Source: Candidatus Cloacimonadales bacterium
Lineage (GTDB): Bacteria; Cloacimonadota; Cloacimonadia; Cloacimonadales; JAFGVF01
Direction of reading: 5' to 3'
Assembly: GCA_963663475.2 (NCBI GenBank)
Contig: CAXXJV010000001.1
Location: 2,144,001 to 2,208,000, forward strand
DNA length: 64,000 bases
The translations under genes and the position numbers were made by a program. Below, piece after piece: positions 48,287 to 58,504 of the stretch. How positions within the stretch are numbered: position 1 is the first letter of the stretch; each line of letters begins with the position of its first letter. The notes below the pieces were generated by a model. That model ran no database searches and was not told the origin of the DNA. It saw only the letters and a program-made list of their open reading frames with translations.

Positions 48287-50754
48287 TATCTTCTCGCTTC
48301 AAATGGGAACTTAAGTATATCACTAAGTTTGTTGTTTGTTAGGATGATTTTATATTCCCAAAATTCATTTGATCTACTATAATCAAAGGTTAGATTCCAG
48401 CAGTGCAAATCTCTTCTTAATGAAAGATTATGAGATAAAATTTCATCAGTTATAATATTAACTCTATTGGAATAACCAAGATGCCAATTTGAGGTTAAAT
48501 GCATATCTAATGCTATATTAAGATTGTTAGAATTTGGGTCTAGAAAGTCTTTGTCAAAAGATAAAGCATGGGTAAAGTTAAGAGTCCAATTCTTTCTTTC
48601 AGAAGATGATTGATAGTAATCCCAATCTAACTCAGCATATTTAATTGTATCCTGTACAACTCTCTGACCTGTTTTTAAAGGATTTTGAGTCTTAGGGAAG
48701 TAATGAAAATATCTGAAAGAACCTGAAAATCCTAAAGTCTGATTAAATCTCCAATTTTCCAGGTTAAGATTTCCCCAAGTTTTCTGGTAGAAATCATGAG
48801 AGAAGCTAACAGAATTATTATAAGAAACTTGAATATTTCTTAATGCAAAAGAGTTGGGGTTAAATTTTAAGCTATGATTGATTCTAGACATCTTGTTAGT
48901 CTCTTTTTCTAAATCATAACTAAATGAAGAATTCATAGAAAAGAGATTGTTATTTTTCTTCTCAGATTCGGTAATTTCATCAAAGTATTTAACTTGCCAT
49001 ATCTGATTAAGACTAAAATTAAGACTTCTTCTTCTTTTTCCACTAGCTAAACTGATACCTGAAAAGGAATAGAATTCATCATTTTCAGAAAAATCAGGAG
49101 TATAAGAAAAACTAACTCTTGGTGTTACAACATGACGAATAGCTCTTAGTGAAGCAATGTTTACCCTTCTCAGTCCATATAACTTAGTAGATGCTGAGCT
49201 AGAAAGAGAGAATGAATTGCCTCTGGCGAAGCCCTTTTCTTCTTTAGTTCTATCATACCAAGCTTCTCTGAAGTTTATTGATTGTGATATATTGAAGTAG
49301 TTAGAAATATCAGGACTAAAACTAAAAGATAAATTATGTAGAGCTCCTAAGTTATGCTGGTTAACAATTACTTCATTGCCAAGACTATCAGTATAAGATT
49401 CATTACTCCAGATGATATCTTCAAAGGAAGCATCTTGGTCTTTGATTGTTCCAGCATGACTAGCATTAAAACTGTAGTTATAAGAAAGAGATTTCCACCA
49501 AGCATCTTTAACTTGATTACTTTTCATACCAATAAGTTCATAGATAGGAGTAGTTGATTCTGAATATCTGATACTGGGTAAGGTAATTGATTTAGTATTT
49601 GTAATAAAATTTTCTGAATAGTAACTTGAGATATTCAAGGTTGAATTATCAAAGCCTTTGGAATAAGTGGCTGAAGAGCTAATTGATTCAGTAAGTCTAT
49701 CATCTATATTAGTTGAATTATCCCAAATAACTTCGCTAGTTGCGTAGTTTATATTAGCAATGAAGGAAGAGTTATTTTTTAAAGTATGTCTATGGTTAGC
49801 TTGGAGAGACCAGTCTGTTGAAGTATTATTATTATAGTCTCTTTTTCTATAGTTAAAATTCATGCCACCATTGAAGAGATATCTTACTATATATTTATTA
49901 GTTATGTTAAAATTCCACCCCTTCTTTTCATAAAAATCAAAGGCAATTTTATTTTCAAAGTAGTCTTTGTAAGCATAATAATAGGCAATATTTTTAAGAT
50001 ATTTACCATCACTATTATTCCAGCCTGGTTGGGGGATTAAAAAGCCGTTATTTCTTCCTCTTTCAATACTAAAGGCTGCAAAGGGAAGAGCCATTACAGG
50101 GAAATGATTAACATAATAGACAACAGGTTTAGCTGCAATTGATTCATTTTGGAATATTCTTAAGCGTTTGGATTTGATGTAGAAGTGGGGGTTAATATCA
50201 TCGCAAGTAGTGAAGATACCATTATCAATATCGAATACTTTATCATCAATTTTCCTAATTTGCGAGCCATATATAAAGCCTTGTTCAAGAGACCCTGAAC
50301 CATTTTTAAGAATTCCTCTTTTAGATTCAATATCCATCTTAATATCTTTACTTAAGAAGATTTGACCTTCTTGTTTTATCATGGCATCTCCATAGGAAAA
50401 GGCATTCTTGTTCTCAAGATTGAGGTAAAGAGAGTCTGCTTCAATGAAGATATTCTGGTAAGTAATTTTAGCATTTCCTGATAGGGATATCGAATCTTCT
50501 GTTAGGTTTAGAGAAGAGCTTTTACCTGAATATTGAAGAGAATCAGACTGATTATAATCTTGGTATTTTACTTGATTGTAAAGGGTATCAGGAAGTGTAC
50601 TTAGGGAATCATCTATAGCTAGAGTATCAACTTCATTATAGTTAGAATTAGTCTCTGTAAGGCTATAGTCTTGACATAAAATTAGCAAGCTTATAGACAT
50701 AAAGAGAGCAATTAAGATATATTTTTTATTTACTGATATTTTATTATTTTTCAT
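48286..50754 (-). CDS. lptD: LPS assembly protein LptD
   Basis: N-terminal beta-jellyroll (LSGNAKITY..ADS), FTTCD..PHFYI, GFLIP, large barrel, RDLHCW near the C-terminus. Confidence 0.85.
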   Translation of the reverse strand: MKNNKISVNKKYILIALFMSISLLILCQDYSLTETNSNYNEVDTLAIDDSLSTLPDTLYNQVKYQDYNQSDSLQYSGKSSSLNLTEDSISLSGNAKITYQNIFIEADSLYLNLENKNAFSYGDAMIKQEGQIFLSKDIKMDIESKRGILKNGSGSLEQGFIYGSQIRKIDDKVFDIDNGIFTTCDDINPHFYIKSKRLRIFQNESIAAKPVVYYVNHFPVMALPFAAFSIERGRNNGFLIPQPGWNNSDGKYLKNIAYYYAYKDYFENKIAFDFYEKKGWNFNITNKYIVRYLFNGGMNFNYRKRDYNNNTSTDWSLQANHRHTLKNNSSFIANINYATSEVIWDNSTNIDDRLTESISSSATYSKGFDNSTLNISSYYSENFITNTKSITLPSIRYSESTTPIYELIGMKSNQVKDAWWKSLSYNYSFNASHAGTIKDQDASFEDIIWSNESYTDSLGNEVIVNQHNLGALHNLSFSFSPDISNYFNISQSINFREAWYDRTKEEKGFARGNSFSLSSSASTKLYGLRRVNIASLRAIRHVVTPRVSFSYTPDFSENDEFYSFSGISLASGKRRRSLNFSLNQIWQVKYFDEITESEKKNNNLFSMNSSFSYDLEKETNKMSRINHSLKFNPNSFALRNIQVSYNNSVSFSHDFYQKTWGNLNLENWRFNQTLGFSGSFRYFHYFPKTQNPLKTGQRVVQDTIKYAELDWDYYQSSSERKNWTLNFTHALSFDKDFLDPNSNNLNIALDMHLTSNWHLGYSNRVNIITDEILSHNLSLRRDLHCWNLTFDYSRSNEFWEYKIILTNNKLSDILKFPFEARR

Positions 50755-50845
50755 CGAATGTAAAATTATTCAGCATTAAAAAAATGTCAAGTATGTTAAA
50801 TCTCTAAAGATTAGGCATGGAGAAAATTGCTAAAATAATTTAAAA

Positions 50846-52087
50846 TTATTCCTTTATTAAGTCTATTGGATTTAATTTTTTTATTCTGTAAATTGGAAAT
50901 AAAGAGCTGATAATTGAAAAAATAAAGGAGAAAAAAGTTACTAAGATAAAGTCACTTAGTTCAATGGAAATTGGGAGGGTAGGGAAGATATGAGCTATAT
51001 TAACAGGCATAGAAATGATGTTAAAATTCTCTTGGATAGTAAGTAGAGAGTAGGCAAGCAAGTTTCCTATTAAAACACCTGATATACTTAAGATAAGACC
51101 TTGATAGAGGAAAATTTTCATAATATCTTTTTGTGAATAGCCAATAGTAGAGAGAACACCTAGTTCTTTCTTTTTATTTGAGACTTTTTTCAGGAAGGAA
51201 CCAGAAAGATTAAATGATGATAAAATGATAATTAAACTTAAGACAAATGACATGACATTTTTTTCTAGTTTTTGAGCATCATAGAGGTTAGAATTTTTAT
51301 CACTCCACGTTGTAATAGTCTTATCAGGAAGAAGCTCTTGAATAGCTTGCTTGTAAGTATTAGCTTGTGAGAAGTCATTACTATAGACTTCAATCTTATT
51401 ATATGCTTGTTTACTTTTGGTTAGTTTTTGTAGATTACTAGCAGACACATATACCATACTTGATTCTAGCTCAGGTATCATGTTAGAATAAATAGCTTGG
51501 ACAGTAAAGTTTTGGGTAAGAGGTATTCTACCTATAGAAGAATAATTTGATTTACTTAGCGATATGACAGTAATTTTATCACCAATATTGAGAGAGTATT
51601 TTCTGCTTAGTTCATAACCTATGAAAGCACCATTCTTTTCAAATAAATTAAGATTATTATCACCGTATATTATTCCAGTGCGGGAAGATATATTACTTGA
51701 ATAAGTTAGTTTATTGAAAAGAGGATTATTTTGCTTACTTTCTGCTAAATTAATACCTATAAACTTTGCGAGAATAGTCTGATTATCAGATAGGATTACT
51801 AAGTCTTCTTCATAGACAGGATTAAGATACTTGATAAAATCGAATGTTGTTAATGTATTAATGATATCTTCTACATCATCATGAGCTTTTACTTGGATTT
51901 CTATTTCTGGTGAGCTAGCTAAAATCCTTTCAATGACAACTTCTTTCATCCCATTCATGACAGATAGAATTACCAGAAGAGCTGAGACTCCTATTATAAT
52001 ACCAAGAAGGCTTAGCCAGTGAGAACCGGCTAAGCGAGATTTTTTCCCTTTTAAATAGCGTTTACTTATAAAGGTACATTTATTCAT
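50846..52087 (-). CDS. Lipoprotein-releasing ABC permease LolC/LolE family
   Basis: RYLKGKK..SLLGIIIGVSALLVILSVMNG; TWSDKNSNL; KKKELGVL; four TM helices. Confidence 0.8.
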   Translation of the reverse strand: MNKCTFISKRYLKGKKSRLAGSHWLSLLGIIIGVSALLVILSVMNGMKEVVIERILASSPEIEIQVKAHDDVEDIINTLTTFDFIKYLNPVYEEDLVILSDNQTILAKFIGINLAESKQNNPLFNKLTYSSNISSRTGIIYGDNNLNLFEKNGAFIGYELSRKYSLNIGDKITVISLSKSNYSSIGRIPLTQNFTVQAIYSNMIPELESSMVYVSASNLQKLTKSKQAYNKIEVYSNDFSQANTYKQAIQELLPDKTITTWSDKNSNLYDAQKLEKNVMSFVLSLIIILSSFNLSGSFLKKVSNKKKELGVLSTIGYSQKDIMKIFLYQGLILSISGVLIGNLLAYSLLTIQENFNIISMPVNIAHIFPTLPISIELSDFILVTFFSFIFSIISSLFPIYRIKKLNPIDLIKE

Positions 52088-52093
52088 TTTTTA

Positions 52094-53587
52094 TTATTCA
52101 GGTTTCATGGTTGGGAATAGGATAACTTCCTTAATTGAAGTATTATTTGTTAAGAGCATGATAAGTCTATCAATACCTATACCAAGTCCACCCATTGGTG
52201 GCATTCCGTATTCCAGAGCTTCTAAGAAGTCTTCATCAACTACATTAGCTTCATCATCACCCATTTCTCTAAGTTTAGCTTGTTCTTCTAATCTATTTCT
52301 TTGGTCGATAGGATCATTAAGTTCTGAGAAGGCATTACCATATTCATTACCACAGATAAACAACTCGAATCTTTCGACAAATTTTGGATTATCAGCTCTC
52401 ATTTTAGCTAAAGGAGAAACTTCTGTTGGGAAGTCAGTTACGAAAGTAGGTTGAATAAGCTTAGGTTCAACAAAGTGCTCAAAAAGTTCTTCAAGCAGTT
52501 TACCAGGACCTACATTCTCAGGAAGATCAAGTTTATTCTCTTTCATGAAGTTAGCCATTTTATCATAATCTAAGTCATGTGCTGAGAATCCAGAATACTC
52601 TTGAACAAGATCAGCCATAGAGGCTCTTCTGAAAGCTTGGCCAACATTAATCTCTTTACCGTTGAAAGTAAAAACAGATTTATTGAAGACATTTTTAGCT
52701 ATAGATTGAATAATACCTTCAGTTATATCCATCATTCCTTCAAGATCAGAGTAGGCTTGATAGAGTTCAATAGCGGTAAATTCAGGATTATGAGTACGGT
52801 CCATTCCTTCATTACGGAAGTTTTTACCAATTTCATATACTCTTTCAAAGCCACCGATAATTAATCTTTTTAAGTAAAGTTCAGTAGCAATTCTTAAATA
52901 GAGATCCATATCTAGGCTATTATGGTGAGTAACAAATGGGCGAGCATTAGCGCCACCATAGAGAGGTTGGAGAATAGGAGTTTCAACTTCAATAAAGTCA
53001 AGAGAATTAAGGTAGTTTCTAATTTCTTGAATGATTTTAGAACGTTGGATAAAAGTCTCTTTACGATCAGGATTTAGAAGTAGGTCTAGATATCTTTTTC
53101 TATAACGAAGTTCAATATCTGAGAACTCATCATATCTTACAATCTCTCCATCAACTTCTTTTTCTTTTACTGCAGGAGTTGGGCGGAGGTTCTTTGTTAG
53201 AAGTTTGATATTTGTAGCTTTAACAGAGAATTCACCAGTCTTAGTTGTAAAACAAGATCCTGTTACTTGAACAAAATCACCCATATCACATAATTTGAAG
53301 AGTTCGTAATTATCTTCACCTAATTCATCTTTTTTAACGAAGATTTGAATTTTCCCAGATATATCAGCTAAGTTTCCAAAGCCAATTTTTCCTTGGCGTC
53401 TCATAGCGATAAGACGGCCAGAAATTATTACTTGAGTATTATTCTCTTGAAAAGTATCTTTATTTTCCCAGAGTTCATTTATTTTATGACTTCTTTCGGA
53501 CTTTACAGGATAAGGATTTATCCCTTTATCAATAATCTTCTGTAATTTTTCTCTTCTTAGTTTTAGGATTTGTGTTGTATTATCCAC
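52094..53587 (-). CDS. lysS: Lysine--tRNA ligase (class II)
   Basis: RYRKRYLDL, EVETPIL, YGGANARPF, FRNEG..HNPEF, YGMPPMGGLGIGIDRL. Start taken at GTG 53587 after GGAGG. Confidence 0.97.
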   Translation of the reverse strand: MDNTTQILKLRREKLQKIIDKGINPYPVKSERSHKINELWENKDTFQENNTQVIISGRLIAMRRQGKIGFGNLADISGKIQIFVKKDELGEDNYELFKLCDMGDFVQVTGSCFTTKTGEFSVKATNIKLLTKNLRPTPAVKEKEVDGEIVRYDEFSDIELRYRKRYLDLLLNPDRKETFIQRSKIIQEIRNYLNSLDFIEVETPILQPLYGGANARPFVTHHNSLDMDLYLRIATELYLKRLIIGGFERVYEIGKNFRNEGMDRTHNPEFTAIELYQAYSDLEGMMDITEGIIQSIAKNVFNKSVFTFNGKEINVGQAFRRASMADLVQEYSGFSAHDLDYDKMANFMKENKLDLPENVGPGKLLEELFEHFVEPKLIQPTFVTDFPTEVSPLAKMRADNPKFVERFELFICGNEYGNAFSELNDPIDQRNRLEEQAKLREMGDDEANVVDEDFLEALEYGMPPMGGLGIGIDRLIMLLTNNTSIKEVILFPTMKPE

Positions 53588-53621
53588 AAGGCCTCCGAAA
53601 ATTTTATTTTTTATATTAAGA

Positions 53622-53643
53622 AAGCGGGTTATTAAACCCGCTT
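53622..53643 (-). terminator. Hairpin, possible terminator, between rpsA and lysS
   Basis: AAGCGGGTT-ATTA-AACCCGCTT; the U tract is weak. Confidence 0.55.
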
Positions 53644-53673
53644 CCACATTTATATAATTTGATTATTTGTCAA

Positions 53674-55110
53674 TTATAATTGATTGAATGGGTTATCTTC
53701 AGGAACTTCAGGTTTATCTTCAGCCCATTTTTTCCATTCTGCTGGTCTTCCACCACGTTTTTTACCCTTGAAGCTAGGTCTTCTATCTTCTTGTTGAGGT
53801 AAAGTTTCAGGAGCAGGTTGATCTTTAAGTTCTAAAGAGATTCTTTTTGAATCTTTATCGATGTTAGTAACTCTAAGTTCAATTTCATCACCTGAGTTTA
53901 GATTCATAGTCATAGGCATTCTAGAACGAGGTAATAAACCAGTAATTCCATCAGTAATAGTTACAAAAGCACCAAAGTTGGTATTATTTTCAACAGTACC
54001 TGTGATCAACTCACCAATTTGAACTTTGTCATCTATTGTATCCCATGGATTTTCAATTAAAGCTTTTAGAGAAAGGTTGATTTTCTTTTCATTTTCATCT
54101 AGTTTGAAAATTTGAGCAGAAACGATATCACCTTCTTTTAAAACTTCTTTTGGATGGCGAATATTCTTACCCCATGACATTTCTGAAATAGGAATAAGTC
54201 CTTCAACACCAGGAATAATCTCTACAAAAGCACCAAAGTTATGAAGTCTGAGAACTTTACATTCAACTATTGTTCCAGTCTCTAACTCTTTAATAGCTAT
54301 ATCTAAAGGATTTTCTTGAAGTGCTTTCATTGAAAGAGATATTTTTTCACCATTAATGGCAAGGATTTTAACCTCAACTTCAGTATCAACAGTTAGTACA
54401 TCAGATGGCTTATTAATATGAGCCCAAGCAATTTCAGATACATGTAAGAGACCTTCGATACCACCAAGGTCAACGAATGCACCGAAATCAGTTAGTCTTC
54501 TAATAACACCAGTAACAACTTTTCCAGCTTCTAGAGTGGCAAGAGCCTCTTCTTTCATGATTTTAGCTTCGTCTTGTAGGAGTTTTTTTCTGGAAACGAT
54601 AATGTTACGACCGTTATCTTCATATTCAGTTACTAAGAAGGTGAAATTGCTATTAAGATAGTGAGAGTCTTCATGTAACATAATATCCATTTGTGATTTA
54701 GGACAGAATGCTCTTACACCAAGTACATCAACGCTATATCCACCATTAACAACTTTGAATACTTTACCTTCAACAGGTATTTTTTCTTCAAAAGCATTTC
54801 TAATTTGTGTTTTATCAGCAAATTGTTTTCTTAATGATTTTGATACTTTAATACCATCATCGTTAAATTCAACAATAAAGCCTCTTAATAAATCGCCAAC
54901 TTGAAGTTTTAATTTGCCATTTTTATCTTTATAATCAGCAATATCAGCATAAGCATCGTATTTGCCATTCATATTAATAAAGATAGATGTTTCTGTGATA
55001 TTAATAATTTCGCCTTCAACCACATCACCCATTTTAGGGTCAGAGGTATTATTGAAGGATTCCTCTAATAATTTTGCATAATTTTCGTTTTCTTGTGAAA
55101 CCATAGACAA
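53674..55110 (-). CDS. rpsA: 30S ribosomal protein S1 (multiple S1 domains)
   Basis: Repeated S1 motifs (FGAFVDLGGIEGLLHVSEI, FGAFVEI..EGLIPISE); TTG start after GGAG. Confidence 0.85.
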   Translation of the reverse strand: MSMVSQENENYAKLLEESFNNTSDPKMGDVVEGEIINITETSIFINMNGKYDAYADIADYKDKNGKLKLQVGDLLRGFIVEFNDDGIKVSKSLRKQFADKTQIRNAFEEKIPVEGKVFKVVNGGYSVDVLGVRAFCPKSQMDIMLHEDSHYLNSNFTFLVTEYEDNGRNIIVSRKKLLQDEAKIMKEEALATLEAGKVVTGVIRRLTDFGAFVDLGGIEGLLHVSEIAWAHINKPSDVLTVDTEVEVKILAINGEKISLSMKALQENPLDIAIKELETGTIVECKVLRLHNFGAFVEIIPGVEGLIPISEMSWGKNIRHPKEVLKEGDIVSAQIFKLDENEKKINLSLKALIENPWDTIDDKVQIGELITGTVENNTNFGAFVTITDGITGLLPRSRMPMTMNLNSGDEIELRVTNIDKDSKRISLELKDQPAPETLPQQEDRRPSFKGKKRGGRPAEWKKWAEDKPEVPEDNPFNQL

Positions 55111-55464
55111 AGCTCCTATATTTGATATATATTTTAGTAATTAACTAACACTCTAATAATATTTAGAACCATTTCTTTACTTACTGTTAGATTGTCCAGT
55201 AATTTATTAAATTATTTTAAAAGTTATTTTTTATGATGGAGATAAAGTATCTCAAAGCCTTGTTATTAGTACAAAAGAGTATCTTAACATATTATAAAAA
55301 AAGTAGTTAAGAATGAGAATAAAATTGCTTTAGAAATAGATTAGAAGATTTTTTTTCTAAGAAAAAACTGATTTTTGATTTCAATACGAATCATAGATTT
55401 TTAGTAGAATATTCAACAAGAGCTATTTTTTTTAAGATTAAAAATTTTAGTAAGCTTCCTTAGG

Positions 55465-55543
55465 CATCCCTAATCCTTCCTTTACAGTCTTTCGATGAAA
55501 GTCCGTGTTTCATCGAAAGACTGTAAAGGAAGGATTAGGGATG
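55465..55543. repeat. Long perfect palindrome, family B copy 2
   Basis: 36-bp arms CATCCCTAATCCTTCCTTTACAGTCTTTCGATGAAA with a 7-nt loop GTCCGTG. Confidence 0.9.
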
Positions 55544-55559
55544 AAGCAAGAATCTTTTA

Positions 55560-58094
55560 CTAGAAATCAGTGCCAAAACTTAGCATAGGAATAATTTTCT
55601 CATCATTAAAATAGAAGCCAGTCTCGATATTAAACTGTAAGACTGATGCAGCGTAAAAAATAGACTGAGATGAGATTTTGTAATAAGTAACATCTTCACG
55701 TGATTTATAATTATTTCTGAAAATACCGAGATTTACATCAATATCCTTCATGGCAACATTAGGTGTCCAAAAGCCATCTCTGACTTTATATAGGTTAAAG
55801 CTGGCTTGTAGACCATAATCATGATAAGAAGATATGGTATCTTCAATTTTAAATTCAGAGAAATTAGGTGATTCATCGAATTTTTCTACTTTTTCATAAA
55901 ATCCAGTAATTTGTACTTTCTTTAAATTATGACTAATTATAGTTTTGTTAGTATAGCCTGAATTATCTAAATTCCTCATATATTTATTGATGAGTGAAGT
56001 GTTAAATTTTCTCATATAAATATGATTACCTAGATAATAGTCATCATCAAAATCAGTTTGTCCTATAAGACTTATATTTTGCAACCAACTAATAGAAGAT
56101 CTATAGATATCAACCTGGCTAGAAAAATAATTGTCCAACTCACTATCTAAATATAAATTAATTCGGAAAGGAGAGAGGATTGAAGTAGAGAGGTTTAAGC
56201 CTAGGATACCCTTGCCATTACTATCCAGATACCAATTAGCGTTAGCATCAAAGTAACCTATACCATCACTAGTAAAAAATCCAAAAGGGTATCTTACATA
56301 AGGGAAAAGCAAATTTTTCATAGATTGACCAAGTGCTTTATTTTCTTCATACTCATCGTCTAAAATAGTAAGTAATCTGGAATCTTCAACTATTGCTAAA
56401 TCAGAAGCTAGTCGTACTAAATCTTGTGAAGATATTCTTTCTCCACTTCCTGATATTGACTTGTAAAAAAGTTTGTTTCCAATAATCTGAGGAATGTCAG
56501 TATAGTGGTCTTGACTTATTTTATTGATTGTTTTTGTTTCTAAATTATATTGATAGGCTTGAGCAAGATTAGCCTGATTAGAGGTGAAAACTAGCAGATT
56601 ATCATGAATACTGATATTCTTCTCTTGAGAATAACTAGTAATTAAGGGGGAGAAAGACTTATCTATAACTGATATCTCTCCAATATCCCAAGAGGAATTA
56701 GGATACTTATAGGTACAGTATATCTTATTATTACTATTATCATAGATTAGTTCCCCTAGCAAGAAAGGATAATTCTCTATCAGGGAGTGATGATTTTTGG
56801 CATATCTATACAGACTTGATGTTCCTGTGTTATTGTCTTCTAGTGTATAATAAATGTAGGAGTTAGGCCCGACAGTAAAGTCTTTAAAAGCTTTCTTAAA
56901 GAGGATTGAAGTTTTTTTGTTTTCTAAATCCATCTTTTTGAGCACTGAAAGGCCAGAATATCCCATATTAACAACATTATCTCCTGTAAAATGTAGGTCT
57001 TCTTCAGCAAAATATAAATTTTGCTTGGCAAGCTCCATGTTTGAGGAGAGTGAAGAGTTACTTTCATATAATTTTTCATAAGTTTCAGTTTCTACATTAT
57101 AAGAGATGATATTGTTTCTATAATGATTAAAGTAATTCTTTGTTTCAAAAAAGTAGAGATTATCATTATCGCTAGTAAAATTACCTACTAAAAGTGAATT
57201 ATCCCAATCATAATTAAGATAATTGCTATGGTATTCTTTATCAAAGTTAGCACTCATTTCAAGGTAGTTTTTCCATTGAGTAAAAAGCTCAGGGAAAGAC
57301 TTATTAAAGATTTTCTTAGCAGATCTATCTAAGGTGTATTTGGGAAACAATGAACTCCATATTACATTTCTTAAGTTTGAACCATAATTATTATAGAATC
57401 TAGTTAATTGGTCTTCTCCATAAATATCAGATAGCCATTTAACAAAAGCTCCTCCATATACATAATAATTACCTAAAGGGAAATCATCTAGATAATAGTT
57501 AGCCTTTATATGATTTTGAAATTTATTTTCTCTCAGTTGAGCTTTGATAATTTCAGTATAATAACTGTTGTTTAATCTACCCATATAAGGAGAGAAATAG
57601 GATTCGTTTCTTACAGTAATACCTTCAACCATCCACATAGGGGAGTAGAGGTTGGGAGAAAATATATTACCAAATACTTTAGAAAAAGCTAGGGGAGTCT
57701 TATTAGCACTTGTAAGATGAGAATGATGGGTGTATTCATGAATTACTAGAGTATTTAACCACTCTTGGGCGGTAAAAGTGCTATGGGTACTAGGACTATT
57801 TAGAAATAGTTTTAGCTTATTCTCAACAGGATTTGCTAATCCATTATGGTATTCACCAGTATCTTCTAAAATAATATTAAGCTTTTGCTCGCGCTTATTA
57901 CTTGTGATGGTATCTATTTGGTCTGCATATTCTCTTAAGGTGTTTAAGGTATATTTAGCGTATAAATATTGTCCTTGTGGGTAGTAGATGGTATATCTAC
58001 CATGTCTGATATATCTCCAGTCCGAGATTGAATTATAAGATAATAGATTTATGCAGAATAGAGTTAGTATTATAAGAAAGATATGTTTTTTCAT
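55560..58094 (-). CDS. Exported zincin-motif protein with probable beta-propeller and C-terminal barrel-like region
   Basis: Signal peptide; LVIHEYTH followed by WMVEG (gluzincin-like); TolB-like LVFTSN repeat; ends in Phe. Confidence 0.6.
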   Translation of the reverse strand: MKKHIFLIILTLFCINLLSYNSISDWRYIRHGRYTIYYPQGQYLYAKYTLNTLREYADQIDTITSNKREQKLNIILEDTGEYHNGLANPVENKLKLFLNSPSTHSTFTAQEWLNTLVIHEYTHHSHLTSANKTPLAFSKVFGNIFSPNLYSPMWMVEGITVRNESYFSPYMGRLNNSYYTEIIKAQLRENKFQNHIKANYYLDDFPLGNYYVYGGAFVKWLSDIYGEDQLTRFYNNYGSNLRNVIWSSLFPKYTLDRSAKKIFNKSFPELFTQWKNYLEMSANFDKEYHSNYLNYDWDNSLLVGNFTSDNDNLYFFETKNYFNHYRNNIISYNVETETYEKLYESNSSLSSNMELAKQNLYFAEEDLHFTGDNVVNMGYSGLSVLKKMDLENKKTSILFKKAFKDFTVGPNSYIYYTLEDNNTGTSSLYRYAKNHHSLIENYPFLLGELIYDNSNNKIYCTYKYPNSSWDIGEISVIDKSFSPLITSYSQEKNISIHDNLLVFTSNQANLAQAYQYNLETKTINKISQDHYTDIPQIIGNKLFYKSISGSGERISSQDLVRLASDLAIVEDSRLLTILDDEYEENKALGQSMKNLLFPYVRYPFGFFTSDGIGYFDANANWYLDSNGKGILGLNLSTSILSPFRINLYLDSELDNYFSSQVDIYRSSISWLQNISLIGQTDFDDDYYLGNHIYMRKFNTSLINKYMRNLDNSGYTNKTIISHNLKKVQITGFYEKVEKFDESPNFSEFKIEDTISSYHDYGLQASFNLYKVRDGFWTPNVAMKDIDVNLGIFRNNYKSREDVTYYKISSQSIFYAASVLQFNIETGFYFNDEKIIPMLSFGTDF

Positions 58095-58504
58095 TTTTTA
58101 TACCCATTTATTTTTTGTTACATTTTTATTAGATTATTTGAATCAAAGAATCAGTCAAGGAATTTTTTGTTTTAGTGAACTATTTTGATTAGGCTATATC
58201 GCCCTCTAGGCCTCTCTCTTCTGCTCGTATTATATGGAGTGTCTTACGACCAGTCCTATTATATATCATCCCTTGAGGCTATAAGAAGATTTCTTAAGAA
58301 AACCTAAAGAAGGTCAATATTATTTACTTCTTTCAAGATAAACTATTGGGAAGAATAGCTTGTGGTTGAACAGTCTCAGAATTTCAATAAGCTTATAGAT
58401 TAAGAAAATTATTGACAGGAGAATAAGCTTAAAATAATGTAAAAGAAATTAGATAAATTGTTATTTTGCAACAAAAAAAAAGATAAATAACAGGGAGTTA
58501 GCTT

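Noticed and set aside
58095-58504. Cobalamin riboswitch upstream of mutAB
   Set aside because: No recognisable B12-box motifs, and a TTGACA promoter near 58412 leaves only a short AT-rich leader.
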